From: a bacterium
Lineage (GTDB): Bacteria > Patescibacteriota > CPR2 > UBA1875 > JAJYID01
Assembly (NCBI GenBank): GCA_030647205.1
Contig: JAUSJO010000002.1
Location: 241,112 to 305,111 of the forward strand
DNA length: 64,000 nt
Direction of reading: 5' to 3'
The notes beneath the pieces are model-generated. The model was not told where the DNA came from and did not search any database. It saw only the letters and a program-made list of their open reading frames with translations. Position 1 is the stretch's first letter. Each line of letters starts with the position of its first letter. The translations under genes were made by a program, and so were the position numbers. Shown here piece after piece: positions 57,571-64,000 of the stretch.

Positions 57571-58614
57571 ATGTCTGACACAAGCGTTTCGCCCTCTGAT
57601 GTTTTGAGGGCTATTTTTTTATCGGTAAAGAGGCGGTCATTTTCGAGGAAACAGACAGTAGGTCAGAAGATACGATTAGTTCTTATCGTTCTAGCAGTAT
57701 TCTTGTCTTCATATGGCCTGGCTGGGTCGGTAGTTGCTTTATTCCTGTCTCTCGGTGTGTTTATGACACTGCGTTGGGTACATCTGAGAGTTTTCGATTT
57801 CAAAGGAGGCATGGTACTTGTCTGTGCAGCATTGTATAGTCTTCCACTTGCCACTGTTGCCAAGGGATATGAAGTGCTATATAAAGTCATTCTTCGTAAG
57901 ATCAGGATAGTGAATTGGTTCCCGAAATTTCCTTTCAACGACCAGACAGTTACTAAAGATCTGACTTATAACGAGCTTCACTCCCGCGACACTTTTTGGG
58001 GTTCGAAAATGCCAAGATCATTTCCAAGCCCGAATGCGTTAACTGTTATAAGGGCTTTGGGTTCTTTAGTGCTAATATATTTCCACAGTATTAGCGCTAT
58101 CGTCTTTTTCCCGGCTGCGCTCCTCTTATCTCTGACTGATCTGTTTGACGGGGTAATAGCCAGAACCCAAGGTCGGGAGACGGTATTTGGTAAGTGGGCA
58201 GACCCTATAGCAGACAGAATGTTGCTTCTTTCGGTTGCTATCTTTCTATATTACAGAAATCCTTCTTTTTGGAGCTCTGCGAGTATAAAGATAATAGCAC
58301 CTGAGGTAATATTCTTGTTGTTCTTCGCGATTGTTATTATATCGAGAAGGCCGGTGGTGCCTAGGGCAGTTTTCTGGGGGAGGATAAAGTTCGTTCTATA
58401 TCTTTTTTCAGTTAATAGCCTTCTCTTTGGGAATGTCGTTCTTGCGGAGATACTCTTGAATGTAGGCTGCCTGTTTTCTTGGGTAGCTACCTGTAGTTAT
58501 ATAACCCGGTTTTACCAAGAAATGTATCACAAGAGTATCTTCAATGGAGTCCTCGAGTGGCTTGCCACTCATTCCAATAGGATCCAAGAAGAACTTAGCA
58601 CCTGTAAACTCTAG
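57571..58614 (+). CDS. CDP-alcohol phosphatidyltransferase with an N-terminal membrane extension
   Basis: PNALTVIR; TDLFDGVIAR..T.FGKWADPIADR. Confidence 0.85.
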   Translation: MSDTSVSPSDVLRAIFLSVKRRSFSRKQTVGQKIRLVLIVLAVFLSSYGLAGSVVALFLSLGVFMTLRWVHLRVFDFKGGMVLVCAALYSLPLATVAKGYEVLYKVILRKIRIVNWFPKFPFNDQTVTKDLTYNELHSRDTFWGSKMPRSFPSPNALTVIRALGSLVLIYFHSISAIVFFPAALLLSLTDLFDGVIARTQGRETVFGKWADPIADRMLLLSVAIFLYYRNPSFWSSASIKIIAPEVIFLLFFAIVIISRRPVVPRAVFWGRIKFVLYLFSVNSLLFGNVVLAEILLNVGCLFSWVATCSYITRFYQEMYHKSIFNGVLEWLATHSNRIQEELSTCKL

Positions 58615-58640
58615 GGCGCCGACAAAAGTCGGCGCCTTTT
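58613..58640 (+). terminator. Terminator
   Basis: GGCGCCGAC-AAAA-GTCGGCGCCTTTT. Confidence 0.78.
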
Positions 58641-58727
58641 ACTTTGTCAAAATAGAAAACACTTTTGACCGTGTCTCATATCTATATTAGAATGTAGATA
58701 ACTTGTAAAGCGTACTTTGAAGAGGAG

Positions 58728-59090
58728 GTGTCTATGGACTTCAGCGTGGCAAGTTTCGACTTTCGGGTGGATAGAAAAGACTCAAAAACATTAGGCAATC
58801 TAGATGGTAAAAGTACTAAATACAGTCTTCCCATTGAGGGGCTGATACATCTTATCATCACAGAAGACGACGGCAGTGTCAGCGAGAGAGAAGTTGAATG
58901 TACCGGATGGATGCTCGGAAATCATTTTGAGCTTTCCGGTAAATGTTTCATCTCTCCGAGAGTGAAGTTTCGATGTGTTTTGACAGAGGAACTTCAGGAG
59001 GGATTTGAAAAAATAGAAATGATCGCTCCAAATGTTGTTTTTGGTTTCAGTGCTGAAGAGTGGTTCATGGGCAACTCGGGGGTAAACTGA
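58728..59090 (+). CDS. Hypothetical protein
   Basis: SD GAGGAGG, promoter TTGACC-17-TAGAAT, hairpin 59171..59192. Confidence 0.6.
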   Translation: MSMDFSVASFDFRVDRKDSKTLGNLDGKSTKYSLPIEGLIHLIITEDDGSVSEREVECTGWMLGNHFELSGKCFISPRVKFRCVLTEELQEGFEKIEMIAPNVVFGFSAEEWFMGNSGVN

Positions 59091-59252
59091 AGGTTTTCTA
59101 GAAGCTACCTTCCAAAAGGAGGATGCTGGTCAACCTGTGATGCAATCTCAAAAAGAAAGTCTCTTATATCGGGCGGCACGCAAGTGCCGCCCTAATTCTA
59201 TTTATAAATCCTTATATCTTTGCTATTATGGTAAAAATCGGAGGGTTTATCT

Positions 59253-62048
59253 TTGGAAGCATATAAAATTCCTTTAAAAGATGTTTTTGTAGAACTCAAA
59301 ACTTCTGAAAACGGACTTGAGATACATGAAGTCCAAAAGAGGTTGGCTGAGTTTGGGCGAAATGAAATAAAGAGGGTCAGGCATAGACCTATACTTTTTG
59401 ATTTTATTGAACAGTTCACAAACCTTTTTGCTCTCATACTTATTTTTGCCGGTTTCTTGAGCCTATTTCTCGGGAATAGTCGCGATGCGATCATTCTATT
59501 CCTCATAGTTTTTCTAAATGCCATTGTTGGATTTTTTCAGGAGTACAAGGCGGAAAAAACTATCGAGGCGCTTCAAAAAATTGTACCGAAGGAAACGACC
59601 GTTCGGCGAAGCGGGAAAAACATTCGTGTCAATGTCTCGGATATTGTTTCGGGCGACGTCGTGATTTTACAGGCCGGGGATACTGTGCCGGCAGATCTAC
59701 GGCTAACCAAGGCATACAACTTAAAGACCAATGACTTTGTCTTGACCGGTGAGTCGATATCGCAGGAAAAGTTTGCCGGTGATGTAAAGAACGAGAAAGA
59801 TGTTGGATTGACTGACATTGATAACTGTCTTTTTACCGGTATGCAGGTGACGGACGGATCTTGTGAAGGCATTATTTTTGCGACGGGAATGAATACGGAG
59901 TTTGGTAAGATTGCTCATCTGACGTCAGAAGTTAAGAGAGAACAAAGCCCACTTCAAAAAGAAATAGATATAATGGGCAAAAAAGTAACTAAGCTTGTAG
60001 CTGTTATTTTGCCATTTATGTTTGCGATATTTTACTTTACTAATCGAGCCAATTTTCATTTTTTTACCGCATTTCAGTTTTCCATAGGTGTTTCAAGCGC
60101 CATGGTGCCCGAGGGTTTGGTGGCGACTGTGTCTATCGCGCTTGCTATCGGGGTGCAGCGGGTGGCAAAGAAAAAAGCCGTGATCAGAAAGCTTTCCTCG
60201 GTAGAAACTCTTGGTGCAGTTTCTGTTATCGTTACTGATAAAACAGGTACTCTAACAAAAAACGAGATGACTGTAAAAGAACTTTATACCGGTGGCAGCC
60301 ATGTGCATGTAAGCGGCGTTGGATATAGTGCTAAGGGGGATTTTCTACAAGGACAGTCCTTGCAAAATGCGAAGGCAAGGACTGTCCTTGTAAGCAAGTA
60401 TGAAGAACTTTTTAAAGGAGCAGTGCTTTGTAACAATGCCGACATTAATTTTGGAGAGGGTGGGGATGCTTCTAAAATAATTGGAGACCAAATGGAAGCG
60501 GCTCTACTTGTCATGGGGAAGAAAGCCGGTTTTGAAAAAGGAAAACTAGCCGAAACATTCCCGAGAGTATATGAGATCTCATTTGACTCAAACCGGAGGA
60601 TGATGAGTGTTGTGGTCGATGGTGGAAACGAAAATATTATTTACACAAAAGGCGCACCGCTTGATGTCCTTGCCAAATGCTCAAAGATTAGGGAAAAAGG
60701 CAGAGCGCTTAAAATTACAAAAGAACATATAGAAGCTCTCAAAACCCAAAACGACATGTTTGCCTCTGATGCTCTTAGGGTTATAGCTATCGCTACGAAA
60801 ACAATAGGAAAAAAAGAAAAGTATTCTCAGAAAGAAACAGAAAGCGAGCTGACCTTTTTGGGCCTTGTCGGGATTATCGATCCACCTAGAGTTGACGTGG
60901 CGCCATCTATAAAAAAATGCGAAGATGCGGGAATTAAGATCTTCATGGTGACGGGAGACTATGGTATCACGGCGGGTGCGATAGGCAAAAAGATAGGACT
61001 AGCCGAAAATCCGTGTGTTATAACTGGTGATGATCTAAAAATCATGGACGATTTTGATCTCGGCAAGATCCTTAACTTTGGCAAAGAAGGGTATGATGGG
61101 GTAATATTTGCCCGCACTACGCCGGAAGATAAAATGCGGATTGTCACAGTGCTCAAAAATTATGACTATATCGTAGCAGTGACAGGTGATGGCGTAAATG
61201 ATGCCCCAGCTTTAAAGAGCGCCCATATCGGTGTAGCAATGGGTATCACGGGGACGGACGTTTCGAAAGAAGCTTCAGAAATGGTGCTTCTAAATGACAG
61301 TTTTGCAAGCATTGTTTCGGCTATCCATGAAGGAAGGACCGTGTACGACAATACCAAGAAATTCGTTTATTATATTTTTTCTTCAAACGCGACCGAATTC
61401 TTCGTGGTTTTTATAGGGTCGCTTTTTGGGATGATGCCGATGTTCGCCATCCAGATACTTTTGATAGATCTTTGCACTGATGTCTTTCCTTCCCTCGCTT
61501 TAGCAGTTGATCCATCAGAAAAAGGCGTAATGAAAAAAAGACCGAGAGATCCTAGAGGCAAACTTCTGGATTGGAATGTTTTTAAAGCGCTTTTTAGAGT
61601 CGGGATAGTCGGCGGAGCACTCGGATTTATCGTTTTTCTTTCAGTAATGATGCGGGGCGGTTGGCACTGGGGTGAGGCGATGCACGAGGGACCGCTTCTT
61701 TTCCAGGCAACAGCGGCGACCTATGCCACGCTTGTTATATGCCAGGTATTTAACTCTATAGAGTCGCGGTCGTTTGAGGCCGGTATAGCGAAACTTTTCT
61801 GGGGCAACAAGAAACTTATCGGAGCTATTGGAATTTCAATATTTTTGCTTATGAACATTATCTATAATCCATGGGTACAGCCATTTTCTAGAACTGCAGC
61901 TATTGAGCCGGCAAATTGGATAACAATAATCTTCGCCGGGCTTATCTTTCTTGCTTCGGTAGAAATGAAAAAATGGAGTGTAAGAAAAGAAAAAGAAAGC
62001 TCAATCCTTGAAGCAATAAGGCGCGAGATTTTTGATCAGCCTGTTTGA
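59253..62048 (+). CDS. Cation-transporting P-type ATPase (P2A-like)
   Basis: LTGES, VPEGL, DKTGTLT, KGAP, TGDY, GDGVNDAPAL. Confidence 0.95.
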   Translation: MEAYKIPLKDVFVELKTSENGLEIHEVQKRLAEFGRNEIKRVRHRPILFDFIEQFTNLFALILIFAGFLSLFLGNSRDAIILFLIVFLNAIVGFFQEYKAEKTIEALQKIVPKETTVRRSGKNIRVNVSDIVSGDVVILQAGDTVPADLRLTKAYNLKTNDFVLTGESISQEKFAGDVKNEKDVGLTDIDNCLFTGMQVTDGSCEGIIFATGMNTEFGKIAHLTSEVKREQSPLQKEIDIMGKKVTKLVAVILPFMFAIFYFTNRANFHFFTAFQFSIGVSSAMVPEGLVATVSIALAIGVQRVAKKKAVIRKLSSVETLGAVSVIVTDKTGTLTKNEMTVKELYTGGSHVHVSGVGYSAKGDFLQGQSLQNAKARTVLVSKYEELFKGAVLCNNADINFGEGGDASKIIGDQMEAALLVMGKKAGFEKGKLAETFPRVYEISFDSNRRMMSVVVDGGNENIIYTKGAPLDVLAKCSKIREKGRALKITKEHIEALKTQNDMFASDALRVIAIATKTIGKKEKYSQKETESELTFLGLVGIIDPPRVDVAPSIKKCEDAGIKIFMVTGDYGITAGAIGKKIGLAENPCVITGDDLKIMDDFDLGKILNFGKEGYDGVIFARTTPEDKMRIVTVLKNYDYIVAVTGDGVNDAPALKSAHIGVAMGITGTDVSKEASEMVLLNDSFASIVSAIHEGRTVYDNTKKFVYYIFSSNATEFFVVFIGSLFGMMPMFAIQILLIDLCTDVFPSLALAVDPSEKGVMKKRPRDPRGKLLDWNVFKALFRVGIVGGALGFIVFLSVMMRGGWHWGEAMHEGPLLFQATAATYATLVICQVFNSIESRSFEAGIAKLFWGNKKLIGAIGISIFLLMNIIYNPWVQPFSRTAAIEPANWITIIFAGLIFLASVEMKKWSVRKEKESSILEAIRREIFDQPV
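60346..60392. repeat. Perfect 18-bp inverted repeat in frame in the P-type ATPase
   Basis: TACAAGGACAGTCCTTGC-N11-GCAAGGACTGTCCTTGTA; each arm is itself palindromic. Confidence 0.85.
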
Positions 62049-62088
62049 GTGGCTTGATTATTCATCTGCGAATTTGTAAAATCATCAA

Positions 62089-62814
62089 ATGAGATATATC
62101 TATAAAACACTTCGAATAACGGCATGGCTACTTGTCGGCGCAACCGGCCTGACTATGCTTTTCGGATTTCTGGCGTATAAGCCTTATATCACTCATCACA
62201 TAACTCCAGATTTATCCACTTATTTGCATAACATTTTTCTTCCGCTTGTCTTTGCTCCGCTATTTTTTATCCATTCATTGTGTGGGACATTCATGGCGAT
62301 AAAAAGGCAGCAGTGGATTAAAAATAAGAAAGTTTGGCAGATAGGCGCGAGTATTCTTTGGTTTGGCGCATTGGCTGTTTTGGGTGTTCTTTACTTTGTC
62401 CAACCTCCTCAGGCAAAAAACTCAGCCGCGAAAAGCCAAAACTCTTCTGCCTCACAGCCCGCGACTTCGGCAAGTCCTGCTCAAACACTGACCTTGGTAG
62501 AAATATCAAAACATAATTCACAAAGTGATTGCTGGATGATTATAGACAACAAAGTTTATAATTTAACATCGTACTGTATGATGCATCCTGGAGGAGGGAG
62601 TGGTATAACTTCTTACTGTGGGGCTGACGGGACGAATGCTTTTAACACAAAGGATAAGTCTAATCCGAAGTCTCATTCAAGTTATGCAACCGGCCTCCTT
62701 GATTCATACTACATCGGTGATGTGGGCGCTCAAGCCGATAGCTCAAAAATTCAGCCCACTCAAAGCCAATCTACTACAAATTCTGGTGGATCACGTAGTG
62801 GAGAAGACGACTAA
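62089..62814 (+). CDS. Membrane protein with a cytochrome b5-like domain
   Basis: Three TM with His; EISKHNSQSDCWMII..VYNLT..HPGG..G.DGT.AF..SHS. Confidence 0.85.
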   Translation: MRYIYKTLRITAWLLVGATGLTMLFGFLAYKPYITHHITPDLSTYLHNIFLPLVFAPLFFIHSLCGTFMAIKRQQWIKNKKVWQIGASILWFGALAVLGVLYFVQPPQAKNSAAKSQNSSASQPATSASPAQTLTLVEISKHNSQSDCWMIIDNKVYNLTSYCMMHPGGGSGITSYCGADGTNAFNTKDKSNPKSHSSYATGLLDSYYIGDVGAQADSSKIQPTQSQSTTNSGGSRSGEDD

Positions 62815-62833
62815 CTTAAATAAATAGCAAAGA

Positions 62834-62860
62834 AAAAAGCGGCTCAAAGGAGCCGCTTTT
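62834..62860. terminator. Bidirectional terminator
   Basis: AAAAGCGGCTC-AAAG-GAGCCGCTTTT. Confidence 0.75.
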
Positions 62861-62886
62861 ATTCACGGTTTTTCCTGCCGCTATGA

Positions 62887-63300
62887 TTACCTCATGGTTT
62901 CTTCAACTATCTCCAGGTAAATATCGAGGATATTCGTTTTAGTGGTTTCTACTCTCTCGAAAAGAGGATCCAGGAGATTTATCATGAGGAACTCACCCTC
63001 TGGTAAGAGTCCGTATTCATCTTCCTCGGAATCGTAGCAGATGATGTCGCCCTCGATGCTTAGCCGCTTTTCTTCACCTTTTTCAGTAAAGGTGATTGTG
63101 TAGCCCGGGGTGCCGAACTTCGTCGGGTAGAAGTCATTTTCGGGGTCGAAAGGAGCGGCTTTGGCCAGAGCCTCCATCACTTGGCTGATAATGTCAGTAT
63201 CTATGATGTCGATCTCAGCCTCGAGTAGGTAACTGTCCTCTCCCTCATCAACTCCTTTGACTTTCCTGATGTGAACCTTTGCGGGTAATTGGATAATCAT
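62887..63300 (-). CDS. Acidic hypothetical protein
   Basis: SD GAGGAG before ATG 63300. Confidence 0.6.
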   Translation of the reverse strand: MIIQLPAKVHIRKVKGVDEGEDSYLLEAEIDIIDTDIISQVMEALAKAAPFDPENDFYPTKFGTPGYTITFTEKGEEKRLSIEGDIICYDSEEDEYGLLPEGEFLMINLLDPLFERVETTKTNILDIYLEIVEETMR

Positions 63301-63315
63301 TGTTATCACTCCTCG

Positions 63316-63591
63316 CTAATATTTGAGACACTCGATTGCAATTTCTGCCATCATTGCTGCTTCTTCGGGATCGTCCCAGTTCCCAAGCTCTGTCCGAAAA
63401 AGCGCATATCCGGGAAATATCATTTCTCCATGACAGCAGGGGCAGTCTTTGCCGTTTTTCTCTCCGGTTGCATGGCATGCGGGGCAAGCCTTCATGCCAT
63501 CTATGATTGTTTTCAGCGGCGCTTTCCGGAGCTTTTCTATCAGTAGTGTTCTGTTTGAATCTATCTGATTTGATTTACTCAATGTTCTCAC
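63316..63591 (-). CDS. Small CxxC..CxxC zinc-finger protein
   Basis: CPACHATG..CPCCHG; promoter TTGACT-17-GATAAT at 63627..63655. Confidence 0.6.
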   Translation of the reverse strand: MRTLSKSNQIDSNRTLLIEKLRKAPLKTIIDGMKACPACHATGEKNGKDCPCCHGEMIFPGYALFRTELGNWDDPEEAAMMAEIAIECLKY

Positions 63592-63725
63592 TCCTTACGG
63601 ATTTTTAGTATAGGAAATGTGGTTACATTATCGCCATAAATATCCTTTTAGTCAACTTTTGTGACAGGAAACCCAACTTAAAATTTTATTGCAATCACAA
63701 GAAATTTGGAGTATAATCTCTTCTT

Positions 63726-64000
63726 GTGAAGAAGACTAAAATTATAGCAACACTTGGGCCATCATCTGATGACCCAAAAATTATGGAAAAACTTATTGAT
63801 GCGGGAGCAAATGTGTTCCGGATCAACTTTTCGCATGCAACAGAAGAAGAGAAAGAAAACAGAATTAAGTATCTGCGGGAGATAGAGAAAAGACGAAAGA
63901 TACCGGTTGCGATATTGCAGGATTTGCAGGGACCAAAGATACGTGTTGGTATCTTGCCAAGCGAAGGGGTTCAGCTAAAGGTTGGAAAAGAAATTACCTT
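63726..64000 (+). CDS. pyk: Pyruvate kinase (5' part, runs off the right edge)
   Basis: MKKTKIIATLGPSS..AGANVFRINFSH..ILQDLQGPKIR. Confidence 0.95.
   Translation, partial: MKKTKIIATLGPSSDDPKIMEKLIDAGANVFRINFSHATEEEKENRIKYLREIEKRRKIPVAILQDLQGPKIRVGILPSEGVQLKVGKEIT

Noticed and set aside
59127-59150. AGGAGG followed by MLVNL-stop
   Set aside because: The SD abuts the ATG and the ORF is too short to support
1-64000. CRISPR array, DGR, retron, integron or prophage
   Set aside because: No regularly spaced repeats, reverse transcriptase, integrase, transposase or phage structural genes were seen
1-64000. Alternative genetic code (UGA=Gly)
   Set aside because: Conserved genes are full length in code 11 and several, such as thrS and the P-type ATPase, end properly at TGA

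Overview
Bacterial chromosome segment in the standard genetic code. It is probably from a Patescibacteria/CPR organism (inference from the compact gene set, murT-gatD, CPR-type surface proteins and many leaderless core genes). Core genes include yifB/comM, murT-gatD, miaA, miaB, malic enzyme, thrS, argS, smpB, tmRNA, tRNA-Leu(CAG), tRNA-Val(GAC), galT, a UvrD-nuclease fusion, a P-type ATPase and pyk. They alternate with accessory units that carry their own TTGACA/TATAAT promoter, strong SD and GC-rich terminator. No CRISPR array, integrase, transposase, reverse transcriptase or rRNA is visible. Best leads: (1) two tandem CdaR/PucR-family regulators with a TTG(T/G)-N8-ACAA site at their own promoter and another at the promoter of an adjacent ~150-nt 6S-like rod RNA; (2) palindromic repeats sitting in frame inside five conserved genes (miaB, thrS, argS, UvrD-nuclease, P-type ATPase), with free relatives nearby; (3) a leader-peptide attenuator upstream of an MFS gene; (4) a degenerate histidine kinase inside murT-gatD; (5) a surface-protein gene flanked by a 41-bp duplication of the miaB start and promoter. 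All calls come from reading the sequence and ORF track by eye; no searches or folding programs were run.
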